Assembly (NCBI GenBank): GCA_965199955.1
Contig: CBDATQ010000001.1
Coordinates: forward strand, 480,001-544,000
DNA from: Spirochaetia bacterium
GTDB lineage: Bacteria > Spirochaetota > Spirochaetia > SZUA-6 > Bin103
Reading direction: 5' to 3'
Length of the DNA: 64,000 bases
Below, in pieces: positions 24,758 through 35,223 of this stretch; position 1 is the stretch's first letter, and each line of letters begins with the position of its first letter. The notes below the pieces were generated by a model, which saw only the letters and a list, made by a program, of their open reading frames with translations, was not told the origin of the DNA and searched no databases. The position numbers were made by a program, and so were the translations under genes.

Positions 24758-27412
24758 GTGAGAACCATAGCCATCATAAGGAACGAGAGTGAGCTGAAGG
24801 GGACGCTGCAGATAACGCACGGCGAGATATCCGGATTGGAGCGCGAAAACTGTACTGGAGATATAGATCAGGAGGGACGGAGCTTCGCGCTCGCTGCAGA
24901 CGGCGAGTGCAGATTGAAGGTAACCATCGACAGGCATTCACTCGAACCTGGCGCCTTCGCGACCATCGTAAGCCTCATCACGACCGATGATGGCTTCAGC
25001 TTCTTCTTGAGAGACGTAAGCAAGGACTACCCGGTTTACGTCGCTGAATACAAGACGATAGTGACAGACGGAGACGACCGGCGCAGCTTCGATGCGATCG
25101 CGCAGGAGATCGACTCCAGGAACGGGCGCTCCAAGCTCGAGGAGTATGCATGTGCCGAGGAGGAGTCCTTCGATAGCGCGGCCAGGGAGACCAGGGAGCT
25201 GAAGTGCGTGACCTGGCTGGGCATCAGCCGTGACATAAGGGTATTCGAGATCGGCACCAGATTGACGTCGGGCACCGCGGACCCGTGGGACTGGGTCAAA
25301 CCGAGATATCACAAGCGGGATGTCACGGTTCCTGAGCTCGGCGACGAGGGGATCGTTTACAATTATTTCGCGGGCAGAGGACTGGGCTGCATACAGGGCC
25401 TGGAGCGCAGGCTCGAGGACGGAGTATTGCCCATCCTGGATACGAAGCACGCGGATGAGGACGTCGTGTATGCGTCGAAAATGTTCGTGACGCTCGAAAA
25501 GGACGTCTTGCGCGAAGACCGCGTTGAGGGCACCAACATACTGGTCGCCGATCACTACTCGGAAGCGAGCATGCTGACGGCGGACCAGAAGGCGGAAATG
25601 GAGAAGATACATGATCGGGAGATCCTCAAGGAGGAAGAGCCGGTCATGTACATCAGAGTCACTGCCACCAACACGGGCGGCGCGCCGCGGTACTCCTGGG
25701 TTCGTATTCCGGAGGCGAATGTCTTCGTCAACCCAGGCAAATCGAGCCTCAGTTCGTCCTACGAGAATGCGACGGGCTATGGATCCTTTAGCGATGAACA
25801 GGTGTACCTGGTAGCGACGCTGAACGGCAGGCCTGTGCCGCAGCAGGAAATGGCAGTGCTGCTCGCGCCGGGTGAGAGCATCGAATACCTGTTCAAGATT
25901 CCGCATCGGCCCGTATCAACGGAGAGAGCGGATGCGCTCGCGGGACAAACATATCGCAGACATTACGATGCGTGCAAGGCCTTTTGGACGCGCAAGATCG
26001 ATCGCATGGCGTCGGTGAGCGTGCCGGAGAAGAGAATCGAGGAGATGATGCGGGCAGGAAAGCTGCACTTGGATCTTGTCTGCTATGGCAATGAACCGAA
26101 TGCGTCGGTAGCTCCCGTCGTCGGGGTCTACAGCCCCATCGGCTCCGAAAGCTCACCCATTATTCAGTACCTGGATTCGGTTGGGGACCACGACCTCGCC
26201 AGAAGAGCGATAATGTACTTCATCGAGAAACAGCATGACGATGGATTCATGCAGAATTTCGGCAACTACATGCTGGAGACCGGGGCTGTGCTTTGGAACA
26301 TCGGTGAGCATTACCGGTACACGAGGGACGTCGACTGGATCGGATCGATCAAGGACAACATCCTGAGGGCATGTGCTTACCTGTTCAGATGGATCGAGCG
26401 CAACGAAACGGAGGAGCTCCGCGCCAAGGGCTACTACGGGATGATCGACGGCAAGGTCGCAGACCCGGAGGACCCGTACCACTCATACATGCTGAACGGT
26501 TATGCATACCTTGGCCTGATGCGGTCAGCGGAGGTCCTGGAGGACCTGGAAAACGAAGAGTCGGAACGGATCAGAGCGCGGGCGACAAGGCTGCTGAAGA
26601 ACATCAGAAGGGCGTTGGAGAAGAACCTGAGAGAATCGCCGGTCATTCCGCTGGGAAACGGACGCTGGTGTCCCGCAGCACCCCCGTGGGCGGAAAACCG
26701 CGGTCCCGTGGTCTTGTATGCGGAGGGAGGGTCGGCGTTCACTCACGGGACCTTCACCGCGAGGGATGGACACACGGGGCCGATGTATCTGCTCTTGCAG
26801 GAAGTGGTCGATCCCAACGAAGCATACGGGGACTTTATCGTCAACAGTTCTGCGGAGCTGTTGTTCCAGCGGAACGTGATGTTCAGCCAGCCCTACTACA
26901 GTCCTCATCCATACGCACATTTGCGAAGGGGGGAGAGAAACGCATTCTTGAAGGAGTACTACAACAACGTCTCCAGTCTTGCCGATCGAGAAACCTATAC
27001 CTTCTGGGAGCACTACTACCAGGTGAGCCCCCACAAGACGCACGAAGAGGCGTGGTTCCTGATGCGAAGCCGGTGGATGCTCTATCTCGAAGACGGCGAT
27101 CACCTGTCGATCTTGCCCGGGGTCCCGCGCGAGTGGCTGACGCACGGGAAGTCGATAGACGTGAGTGGCATGAGAAGCCATTTTGGGCGCATTGACCTTC
27201 ACGTGAAGTCGAACGTCGATGATGGGACGATCACGATATCGATACGGATCAGTGACTTGATGCGCTCGCTGCCGGAGAGGATGACCGTACACGTGCCGCA
27301 CCCCACCGGCCTGAAGGCTGGAAGAGTCAGCGCCGGCGCCTATGACCGCGACCGCGAGACGGTTCTCATCGAAGGTTTTTCGGGGGAGGCGCGTTTGGAG
27401 GTCAACTGGTGA
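24758..27412 (+). CDS. Uncharacterised large protein, probably an (alpha/alpha)6-barrel glycoside hydrolase/phosphorylase-like enzyme
   Basis: 884 aa, no signal peptide, inside a sugar ABC operon; GAVLWNIGEHYRYTRDVDW, TFWEH, LSILPGVPREW..SHFG are typical of six-hairpin glycosidases. Confidence 0.6.
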   Translation: MRTIAIIRNESELKGTLQITHGEISGLERENCTGDIDQEGRSFALAADGECRLKVTIDRHSLEPGAFATIVSLITTDDGFSFFLRDVSKDYPVYVAEYKTIVTDGDDRRSFDAIAQEIDSRNGRSKLEEYACAEEESFDSAARETRELKCVTWLGISRDIRVFEIGTRLTSGTADPWDWVKPRYHKRDVTVPELGDEGIVYNYFAGRGLGCIQGLERRLEDGVLPILDTKHADEDVVYASKMFVTLEKDVLREDRVEGTNILVADHYSEASMLTADQKAEMEKIHDREILKEEEPVMYIRVTATNTGGAPRYSWVRIPEANVFVNPGKSSLSSSYENATGYGSFSDEQVYLVATLNGRPVPQQEMAVLLAPGESIEYLFKIPHRPVSTERADALAGQTYRRHYDACKAFWTRKIDRMASVSVPEKRIEEMMRAGKLHLDLVCYGNEPNASVAPVVGVYSPIGSESSPIIQYLDSVGDHDLARRAIMYFIEKQHDDGFMQNFGNYMLETGAVLWNIGEHYRYTRDVDWIGSIKDNILRACAYLFRWIERNETEELRAKGYYGMIDGKVADPEDPYHSYMLNGYAYLGLMRSAEVLEDLENEESERIRARATRLLKNIRRALEKNLRESPVIPLGNGRWCPAAPPWAENRGPVVLYAEGGSAFTHGTFTARDGHTGPMYLLLQEVVDPNEAYGDFIVNSSAELLFQRNVMFSQPYYSPHPYAHLRRGERNAFLKEYYNNVSSLADRETYTFWEHYYQVSPHKTHEEAWFLMRSRWMLYLEDGDHLSILPGVPREWLTHGKSIDVSGMRSHFGRIDLHVKSNVDDGTITISIRISDLMRSLPERMTVHVPHPTGLKAGRVSAGAYDRDRETVLIEGFSGEARLEVNW

Positions 27413-28353
27413 CGGTGGTCGGCGAGACCAGGGTTATCGGCAAGAACCGGCTGCTGAGAAAGGTCAACGAGCAGAAGTACCTGCTGCTGCTGGTCATGCC
27501 GGCCGTGGTGTGGCTGTTCATCTTTGCCTACATGCCGATATACGGGGTGATCATAGCATTCAAGGACTACAACGTGGGAATCGGCATCTGGGGGAGCCCC
27601 TGGAGCGGAATCGACCATTTCCAGGATTTGTTCACCGACAGGCTCTTTTACAACACGCTGAGAAACACGTTTCTGATAAGCGCGGCGAAGCTCGTCATGG
27701 GCTTTCCCGTGCCCATTGTATTCGCGCTCATGTTGAACGAGCTGAAGGGGATGAGACTGTTCAAGAAGAGCGTTCAGACGCTCACGTACATGCCCCATTT
27801 TCTCTCGTGGGCGTTTGTCGCGGCGTTCCTGATAACTTTCTTCTCGGAATCCGGCGTGGTCAACTACCTGTTGACCTCGCTGCGCATCGTCGGCGAGCCG
27901 TACGCGTTCCTCGCCGACAGGGTGTCGTTCTTTTCGATCGTGGTGCTAAGCGACATCTGGAAGTTCTTCGGCTTCAGCTCCATCATATACCTTGCGGCCA
28001 TCTCGACGATCAGCCCGACCCTCTATGAAGCGGCATACATGGACGGCGCATCGCGATTCCAGAGGGCTTGGTACATTACCATTCCCGGCATGAAACCGAC
28101 GGTGATAATCTTGCTGATTCTGGCGATCAGCCGGATGATGACGCAGAATTTCGAGCAACTATTTCTCATGCAGAACATCCTCGTCCTGGATGTCGCCGAG
28201 ATCCTGGAGACGTATACGTACAAGATGGGATTGCAGAAGGCCAGGTTCTCGTATTCGACCGCCGTCGGACTGTTTCAGTCGGTGGTGGCGTTCATGTTGC
28301 TGTTCTCGGCAAACAGATTCTCGAGGTGGTATACTGGTGAGAGCATTTTCTAG
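27409..28353 (+). CDS. Carbohydrate ABC permease (LplB-like)
   Basis: FAYMPIYGVIIAFKDY, MPHFLSW, LYEAAYMDGASRFQ (EAA motif). Confidence 0.92.
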   Translation: MTVVGETRVIGKNRLLRKVNEQKYLLLLVMPAVVWLFIFAYMPIYGVIIAFKDYNVGIGIWGSPWSGIDHFQDLFTDRLFYNTLRNTFLISAAKLVMGFPVPIVFALMLNELKGMRLFKKSVQTLTYMPHFLSWAFVAAFLITFFSESGVVNYLLTSLRIVGEPYAFLADRVSFFSIVVLSDIWKFFGFSSIIYLAAISTISPTLYEAAYMDGASRFQRAWYITIPGMKPTVIILLILAISRMMTQNFEQLFLMQNILVLDVAEILETYTYKMGLQKARFSYSTAVGLFQSVVAFMLLFSANRFSRWYTGESIF

Positions 28354-29272
28354 CTCGGAGGTGGAATCGGATCGAAGGGAGCCTCAGAGGAAAGCCCTCG
28401 ACAAGAATACGACATTCGACTACCTCAACGTTCTCACGCTCGTGGTCCTGGCTGTCGTTTGCGTCTATCCTTGCTATCTGGTGCTGGTGTTGTCGTTGAA
28501 TGATCCCGTTGACGCACTTCGCGGGCGTCTCTTCTTTTACCCGAGGATCATTACGTTGGACAATTTCCTGTTCTTTTTCAAGGACCCAACCCTGTTTCGG
28601 GCGTTCTGCATTTCCGTCGCGAGGACGGTCATGGGATCCTTGACGAGCGTATTCTTCACCGCTTGCTTCGCGTACGGCGCGTCGAAGAAGCATCTTGTTG
28701 GCAGGAAGACGATTCTCACCTATATGCTGATAACGATGTATATCAACGGAGGTCTGATACCGTTCTTCTTGTTGATAAGGAGCATCGGTCTGTACCGGAA
28801 CTTTCTGGTGTATATCATTCCGCTTCTCTTCAACGCGTTCAACGCGATCATCATGATGACGTTCTTCAAGGGCCTGTCGGCGGAGATCGAGGAATCAGCG
28901 AAGATAGACGGCGCAAATGACCTGCGCATCTTTCTCGTGATCGTGTTGCCCGTTTCGAAAGCGGTCATCGCAGCGATAATCCTGTTCAACGCCGTTTGGC
29001 AGTGGAACAGCTGGTTCGATTCGATGATCTTTGGAGGCAAGGAGCTCGCTACGCTGCAATTCAAACTGGTGCAGATCATCAGAGACGTGGACGCCGCGAA
29101 GGAACTCGCGCTGCAGAACCCTGCGTTCGGTAACATCATGGGCTACAAGCCCACCCTGGAGTCGGTGAAGGCGACGGCGATGGCGGTGACCATCATACCG
29201 ATCATCCTGGTATATCCGTTCTTGCAGAGATACTTCGTCAAGGGGATCATGATCGGATCGATCAAGGGTTAG
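28337..29272 (+). CDS. Carbohydrate ABC permease (LplC-like)
   Basis: GGLIP, EIEESAKIDGAND, WNSWFD, YPFLQRYFVKGIMIGSIKG. Confidence 0.92.
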   Translation: MRAFSSSEVESDRREPQRKALDKNTTFDYLNVLTLVVLAVVCVYPCYLVLVLSLNDPVDALRGRLFFYPRIITLDNFLFFFKDPTLFRAFCISVARTVMGSLTSVFFTACFAYGASKKHLVGRKTILTYMLITMYINGGLIPFFLLIRSIGLYRNFLVYIIPLLFNAFNAIIMMTFFKGLSAEIEESAKIDGANDLRIFLVIVLPVSKAVIAAIILFNAVWQWNSWFDSMIFGGKELATLQFKLVQIIRDVDAAKELALQNPAFGNIMGYKPTLESVKATAMAVTIIPIILVYPFLQRYFVKGIMIGSIKG

Positions 29273-29290
29273 GGCGAGCGGCCGGCGGGG

Positions 29291-29944
29291 CTACGTGAGC
29301 GTGGCGTTTGCGCAGGAGGGGCGGAGGGAGCACGCCGCACAGCGCGGCTGATGCGCCAGGCACACTTCGCGGCCATGGCGGACGAGCAGGGCGTGATACT
29401 CGCCCAGTAACTCGGGGTTGGGGGGGAGAGTGGCGGTCAGCGACCGCTGGAAGCGGGCGTAGCTTTCGTGGGCCGACGGTTCGCCGAGCCGGGAGAAGAT
29501 GCGCCGTGCGTAGGCGTCGACGACGAAAGTGGGGATGCCCACGGCGTAGAGCATGATCGCGTCGGCGGTCTCCGGACCGATGCCGTGCACGGCGAGCAGC
29601 TCGGAGCGCAGGGTCGCGGCGCCGGCCGCGCGCATCCGCGCGACATCATCGCCGTAGCGTTCGAGGTAAGCGCAGAGCGCGTGGAGCTTGCGCGCCTTGG
29701 CGCGAAAGAATCCGCTCGCGCGGATGTGGGCGGCAAGCGACTCGACGGGTTCCGCGCGCATGCGCCCGGGCGCCAACAATCCGGTGCGCCGCAGGGAATC
29801 GATCGCGCGTGCAGCGTTGGCCCAGGCGGTGCGCTGGACGAGGACGGCGCCGACCATCGTCTCGAACGACGACTCGCTCGGCCACCAGCCCTGCGGCCCG
29901 TGCTGTTCGAGGAGGAGCTCATAGACGCGGAGACGGTGGGTCAC
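29291..29944 (-). CDS. Endonuclease III-related HhH-GPD glycosylase
   Basis: GPQGWWP, GAVLVQRTAWANA, GIGPETAD, VVDAY, C-terminal 4-Cys FeS motif. Confidence 0.9.
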   Translation of the reverse strand: MTHRLRVYELLLEQHGPQGWWPSESSFETMVGAVLVQRTAWANAARAIDSLRRTGLLAPGRMRAEPVESLAAHIRASGFFRAKARKLHALCAYLERYGDDVARMRAAGAATLRSELLAVHGIGPETADAIMLYAVGIPTFVVDAYARRIFSRLGEPSAHESYARFQRSLTATLPPNPELLGEYHALLVRHGREVCLAHQPRCAACSLRPSCANATLT

Positions 29945-30154
29945 GCGTCACACGATAGCGCGAGGTACACGTTGTGAATCACCGGCGGCCGCGACAGTGT
30001 GGGGCCACGGAGGTGGCGTGATGGCAGGAACCGCGCAGGCGCGCGACGCCGTGGCGATCGCCGCAGCCGCCTACGAGTCGGCCCGCAGCGGCCGCACCGT
30101 GCCGCTGGGCTGACAGGGTCGATGGATCGCACCGGTTCGGTCACAGTGGATGCC

Positions 30155-31735
30155 ATGGCACGGAGCGGAGACCGAACCGATTGGCGGCTGATCTACGTCA
30201 GCGATCCATCGAGCATGACCAACTACGACTTCGACCCGGGACACCCGCGACCGCTGATCACCACCCAGCCCACGACCGTCGAGGAGCTGCGCCGGGTGGC
30301 GGACAACATCGCGCTGAGCGGCGCCGACACGCTGATCCAGGAGGTCTACAACGCCGCCTGGACCATGTTCTTCCGCTCCGAGCGCTTCGAGTACGACGCC
30401 CGCCCGCAGCACCGGCGCTTCATTCCCCTGATGGACCAGGGAATCATGCCGCTGCAGGTGCTCCTGGAGCGGGCGCGGGCGCGCGGGATGGGCTTCATGG
30501 CCGGATTCCGGATGAACGACAGCCACGGCGCGCCCGACCAAGGCGGCATGTTCCTGCACACGCATCCGCAGTGGAAGCTCACCGAGATGCCGGACGGCGC
30601 CGCCTTCGTGCCCGGCAACCGGATGGACTTCACCTTCGAAGGCGTCCGCGACTACGTGTACGGGATCATGGAGGAGGTGGTCGACCGCTTCGACGTGGAC
30701 GGCCTGGAGCTGACGTTTCGCGAGGGTCTCTACTTCCCGGCGCCGCGCGGCGACCGCAGCATCGGCCGCGCCCGGCAGCCGCTCATGACCGCCCTCATCG
30801 AACGGGTGCGGGCGCTGCTGGACCGGCGCGGCGGCGACCGCGGACGGCGGCTGCAGCTCGGCGTGCGGGTGCCGCAGACCGTCGCGGAGTGCCATGACGT
30901 GGGTCTGGACGTGCCGGCCTGGATCGCCGCCGGACTGGTGGACTACGTGGCGCCGATGGATTCGATGTACTCGGACTTCAACCCGGCGTACGAGGAGTTC
31001 AGCTCGCTCACCGCTGGCTCCTCCTGCCGCTTCTATCCGGGCGTGCTCCCGTACTGCTCGCATCGCGACCGCTCCGGATCGCCGCTGAGTCTCGACAACT
31101 ACCGCGCGCTGGTGCACACCCTGCGGCGGCAGGGTGCCGACGGCATCTCCATCTACAACTACCAGATGCACTGGGACGGGTTCCGCTCCACCGGGCGCGA
31201 CAACGGATCGGAGACCATGTACCCGACGGCGTTGGCGCACCTGCGGGAGCTGGCCGACCCGGAACGCGTCGCGAACGGCCCGCGCCACTACCTGTTCCAC
31301 TCCATGTGGGGCGGTCTCGACGCGTATCTCCCGCGGGGGACCAGCAGCTCCGGGGCGCGGCGCGATACCGCGATTCGGCTTCAGCGCGGCGCCGAGGAAG
31401 CCTCCGGCAGCTACCCGTTCCGCCTCTACGAGGACATCGCCGCCGCCGGCCACGCGCGGCTCCACTTCCGCGTCGCGGGATTGACTCCGGCGGATCCCCT
31501 GGCGGTGGCGCTGAACGACGTTCCGATCACCGCGCCGCGCCTGCGCCGCATCTGGCACCCCGATGGGCGCGCCGCCGCGCATGGCCGGGCGCTGCCCGCC
31601 TATACGAGCTGCATGTTCGACCTGGAGCCGGGCTCGACGGCCGCCGGCGACAATCGGCTTACGGTCAGCGTGCCGCCCGGCCGGCCGGCCGAGCTGCTGA
31701 TCGACGAGGTGGAGGTGACGGTCATCCCGGCCTGA
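30155..31735 (+). CDS. GHL10/DUF187-like TIM-barrel protein, paralog 1
   Basis: IYVSDP, YDARPQHRRF, FRMNDSH, DFT..VR, VDGLEL, GLDVPAWI..GLVDY, GADGISIYN; C-terminal beta domain; no signal peptide. Confidence 0.7.
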   Translation: MARSGDRTDWRLIYVSDPSSMTNYDFDPGHPRPLITTQPTTVEELRRVADNIALSGADTLIQEVYNAAWTMFFRSERFEYDARPQHRRFIPLMDQGIMPLQVLLERARARGMGFMAGFRMNDSHGAPDQGGMFLHTHPQWKLTEMPDGAAFVPGNRMDFTFEGVRDYVYGIMEEVVDRFDVDGLELTFREGLYFPAPRGDRSIGRARQPLMTALIERVRALLDRRGGDRGRRLQLGVRVPQTVAECHDVGLDVPAWIAAGLVDYVAPMDSMYSDFNPAYEEFSSLTAGSSCRFYPGVLPYCSHRDRSGSPLSLDNYRALVHTLRRQGADGISIYNYQMHWDGFRSTGRDNGSETMYPTALAHLRELADPERVANGPRHYLFHSMWGGLDAYLPRGTSSSGARRDTAIRLQRGAEEASGSYPFRLYEDIAAAGHARLHFRVAGLTPADPLAVALNDVPITAPRLRRIWHPDGRAAAHGRALPAYTSCMFDLEPGSTAAGDNRLTVSVPPGRPAELLIDEVEVTVIPA

Positions 31736-31777
31736 CGGGCCCGTTCTGTGCTACCGGTTCTGCGCTACACTGCCCTC

Positions 31778-32860
31778 ATGGCATGGAGCGTGGTCGAGCA
31801 CATCACGATCTATCGGCAGGCGGGCTGGTACGCGGCACATCCCAACGTGGTCCGCACCCCCGGCGGGGACCTGCTGGCCCTGTTCCACCGCTCGCCGGAC
31901 CTGGGCCACGCCCACCACGGCCACCCCCTGTTCGACATACGGGCTTGCCGCTCGGACGACGAGGGCGCGACCTGGGGGCCGGCGGAGCTGGTCACCTGCG
32001 ATCCGCTCGGCGGGGTGATCGACTTCGGCACGCACACGCTGAGCGACGGCAGCATCTTCCTGCACGCCTCGGCCGCGGAGCTGGTGCCGGAGGGGCCGAC
32101 CACGCCCGGCCACACCGCGTGGACCTCACGGCCCGGCATTCCGTTCTGGATCCGCTCGCGGGACGACGGCCGCACCTGGAGCGAGCCGGTGCGCTTCCCG
32201 CAGCTGCCGGAAGGGATCTGGGGTCATCCCGCCGAACACTCCGGGGTGTCGCGCAGCCAGCTCGTCGAGCTTCCCGGCGGCCGCATCCTGCTGCCCAGCA
32301 AGGCCACCGAGCAGCCCGACGGCGGCCAGCCGTTCTTCGGCATGCTGCGCACCTCGCTCGACAACGGGGAGACCTGGGAGTACGGCGGGCGCATCGCCGT
32401 GGATGAGGTCGCGCACTTCAGCGAACCGGCCATCCACCGCACGCCGGGGGGCCGCCTCCTGGTCCTGCTGCGCTGCCATCCGCGCCAGCCCCACGATACC
32501 CAGTGCCGGCTGGCGCTGGTGACCTCCGACGACGACGGCGCCACCTGGTCGCCGTGGCGCTTCACCTCCATGATGGGCTGTCCCGGGCACCTGCTGGGGC
32601 TGCGCGACGGATGCATCCTGGCCACCGTCGGTACCCGCTGGGAAGGCCAGCGCGGGTGCCTGGCGCGGGTGCTGGAGCCCGAGGGCGGCGACCTGGACGA
32701 AGCCCCGGACATTCATGTGCGCAGCGACTCGGCCGACAGCGACTGCGGCTATCCGTGGGCGCTCGAGCTCCGCGACGGCCGCGTGCTGGTGGTCTACTAC
32801 TACACGTACGCCAACGGCGTCCGCGGCATCGAGGGCTCGATCCTGGCGGAGTCCGGGTAG
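31778..32860 (+). CDS. BNR/Asp-box sialidase-like beta-propeller, subfamily A
   Basis: Asp-boxes SDDEGATW, SRDDGRTW, SLDNGETW, SDDDGATW; DCGYP. Confidence 0.8.
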   Translation: MAWSVVEHITIYRQAGWYAAHPNVVRTPGGDLLALFHRSPDLGHAHHGHPLFDIRACRSDDEGATWGPAELVTCDPLGGVIDFGTHTLSDGSIFLHASAAELVPEGPTTPGHTAWTSRPGIPFWIRSRDDGRTWSEPVRFPQLPEGIWGHPAEHSGVSRSQLVELPGGRILLPSKATEQPDGGQPFFGMLRTSLDNGETWEYGGRIAVDEVAHFSEPAIHRTPGGRLLVLLRCHPRQPHDTQCRLALVTSDDDGATWSPWRFTSMMGCPGHLLGLRDGCILATVGTRWEGQRGCLARVLEPEGGDLDEAPDIHVRSDSADSDCGYPWALELRDGRVLVVYYYTYANGVRGIEGSILAESG

Positions 32861-32887
32861 CGCCCGGGCCAACGGGAATGCACCCCG

Positions 32888-33445
32888 GTGCAGCCACGTC
32901 TCCGCCTGCGGCAGCGCGGCCCGATGCTCGACCTGGAGTTGGCATCGGGCTACCGGTGGTTTCTCGGCGTGACCGGCACGGCGCTGTTCGCCGTCACCGC
33001 GCTGACGACCCCCGTCGGCGTTGCCGTCCTCGGCGTCCGCAACGCGGTGCCGCTGGGCATGGCCGCCGTCATGCTGCTGGGCGCGCTCTATCACGAGCGC
33101 TGGCGCTGGAACGTGGAGCGGGGACGGGTGGAGCATCGCGTCGGCGTGGGGCCGGGGTTCCACTCCAGGTACTGGCCGCTGTCCGGGGTGCGGTCGTTGC
33201 GGCTGGGCGGCGTGCTGATCACGCTGCCCGCCGAAGCGGGGCGGAAGCCGCTGCCGGTGCGGCTCATGCGGTTCGACCTCCGCCGCAGCGCCGTGCACCT
33301 GTCGCTGCTGGAAGTCGGAGGGCGGGTACGGCGCATCGACCTGGTCAAGGGGCCGGACGGCCACCGGCTGGTGGAGGCGGCGCAGGCCATCGCGGACGCC
33401 TGCGGCCTGCCGCTGCACGACGAGATCCGCCGCCAGGACCGCTGA
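32888..33445 (+). CDS. Hypothetical membrane protein (2 TM plus soluble C-terminal domain)
   Basis: Two hydrophobic segments; co-directional with neighbours. Confidence 0.5.
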   Translation: MQPRLRLRQRGPMLDLELASGYRWFLGVTGTALFAVTALTTPVGVAVLGVRNAVPLGMAAVMLLGALYHERWRWNVERGRVEHRVGVGPGFHSRYWPLSGVRSLRLGGVLITLPAEAGRKPLPVRLMRFDLRRSAVHLSLLEVGGRVRRIDLVKGPDGHRLVEAAQAIADACGLPLHDEIRRQDR

Positions 33446-33448
33446 GCG

Positions 33449-33937
33449 ATGCGTGAGGGGGACGCGCGGCGCGGGCTGCGGGCGCCGCTGTGGGCCGAGG
33501 CGGCGGGGCTCGCGCTGTCGCTGGTGCTCGGCGGGCTCGGACTGCTGGCGGCCATGACCTGGCGCGGGGCGCTGTTCGCGTGGCTGGAGAAGCTGTCGGT
33601 CTATCCCTTCGCGGTGCCGGTGATCGACAAGGCGTTCATGATCGTCGCCGGCCTGGCGGTGCTGATCGCGATGCTGGTGGCGCAGCACCGGTTCACCGAT
33701 GCCATCACCGAACGGCGGCTAGTCCGCCGGGTGCTGGGTGCGGCCGGCGTGACGCTGCTGGCCTTCGGCGCGGCGCACCTGGCGTTCGCGGCGGCGCTGG
33801 GACCCGCCGCCTGGAGCGGGCCGCGGTTGGCGCTGGCGCTGGCCGAACTGGCTGCGGGGATCGTTCTCCTGCTGGTTCTCGCGCGCCGAGCGGGGGATCA
33901 GCGGCCGGAGTCGGGCTCGAACAGCACCTGGTCGTAG
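33449..33937 (+). CDS. Hypothetical 4-TM membrane protein
   Basis: Four hydrophobic segments; starts 3 nt after the previous stop. Confidence 0.55.
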   Translation: MREGDARRGLRAPLWAEAAGLALSLVLGGLGLLAAMTWRGALFAWLEKLSVYPFAVPVIDKAFMIVAGLAVLIAMLVAQHRFTDAITERRLVRRVLGAAGVTLLAFGAAHLAFAAALGPAAWSGPRLALALAELAAGIVLLLVLARRAGDQRPESGSNSTWS

Positions 33938-35211
33938 CGGTAGGCGATCGCGCAGGTGCCCCACTCCGGGTGCTCCAGGTCGAGCAGCGAGTAGTCGACC
34001 GTGACGATGGTTCCGTCGTCGAAGCAGACCGTGCTGGGGTAGCCGCAGTCGTGGCACCAGGCGCTGTCGGAGAGGACGTACTCGTGGGCCACGTCGAAGC
34101 CGGCGCCGCCGTCACGGCTGACCACGGCACGGATTCCGAACGGGTAGGCGCGGTACCCGTAGGTGATCAGCACGCTGCCGTTGGGGAGCCCACTGCCACC
34201 GGGCAGCCGGCAGACGCTGCCCGGGGCCGGCTTCTGAAGACGGGTGTTCACGGCGCGCACGTCTCCGGCGCCGACGCTGTCGTCCCGCTCACTCTCCGCG
34301 CTGCGCTCGACGGCATCGGCCGTGTCCTGCCAGCGGGTCCAGGTGACGCCGCCGTCGCAGGACTGGGCGATGCGGTTGGGGCGGTCGTTGTGGCGCACCA
34401 TCCCGACCCAGTGGCGCTCGTCCAACGGCAGGAAACCGGTCTCCGAGGAGCCGTCGCCCAGGGAGCCGCGCTGCCGCCAGGTCGTGCCGCCGTCGGCGGA
34501 GCGGAACAGGAAGCTGATGCGTTGCGCGGCCTGCGGGTTGCGGCGGTAGACATCGGCCGTGTAGGAGCCGCGGGCGTTGAACACCAGGTCGCCCGAGGCC
34601 AGCCGGCGCATCTGTCCGTGCGGCTGCAGCAGGGTGCCGGCCGGCGGCGCGATGCGTGACGGCGGCGACCAGGTGAGGCCGCCGTCGCTCGAGCGGACGA
34701 CCTCCATCCAGGGTTGCACCGTCTGGTCGTGGCTGGCCGAACCGGTGCGCCGGCCGGCGGCGTCGTAGCCGAGAACGGCGCCGTAGGACATCACCAGGTC
34801 GCCCGTGGCGCTCTGTGCCAGCGCCGGGTTGCGGCGGTCGATGCAGCGCTCCGGATCGCTCCGTACCGCCACGCGGTACGGCGACCAGGTGGCGCCTCGG
34901 TCGGCGGAGTAGGTGATGCTGATTTCGGAGCCGCTGCCCGCGTGCGGCGCGCCGGTGCGCAGGGCGCAGCACAGCCGGCCGTCGTCGAGCAGCAGCAGCA
35001 CCGGGAAGAACCCTCCGCCGCGGGAGAACGGCGGCGGCCAGCGCGTAACGCTGCCGTAGTCGTTGCGGCGCGGGTCGGTGCGGCACTCGGGGAAAGTGCG
35101 GAAGTAGGGCTCGGGACCCAGCTCCTCGCGCACGCAGGGCCAGCGAGAGCCGGTGGCCACGACCGGGAAGCGCTCGACCGCCGCGGTCAGCGAGACGGTC
35201 TGCGCCGGCAT
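33898..35211 (-). CDS. BNR/Asp-box sialidase-like beta-propeller, subfamily B
   Basis: SADRGATW, SSDGGLTW, SADGGTTW, SCDGGVTW, TYGYR, DCGYPST. Confidence 0.8.
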   Translation of the reverse strand: MPAQTVSLTAAVERFPVVATGSRWPCVREELGPEPYFRTFPECRTDPRRNDYGSVTRWPPPFSRGGGFFPVLLLLDDGRLCCALRTGAPHAGSGSEISITYSADRGATWSPYRVAVRSDPERCIDRRNPALAQSATGDLVMSYGAVLGYDAAGRRTGSASHDQTVQPWMEVVRSSDGGLTWSPPSRIAPPAGTLLQPHGQMRRLASGDLVFNARGSYTADVYRRNPQAAQRISFLFRSADGGTTWRQRGSLGDGSSETGFLPLDERHWVGMVRHNDRPNRIAQSCDGGVTWTRWQDTADAVERSAESERDDSVGAGDVRAVNTRLQKPAPGSVCRLPGGSGLPNGSVLITYGYRAYPFGIRAVVSRDGGAGFDVAHEYVLSDSAWCHDCGYPSTVCFDDGTIVTVDYSLLDLEHPEWGTCAIAYRYDQVLFEPDSGR

Positions 35212-35223
35212 GACGCGTTGCGC

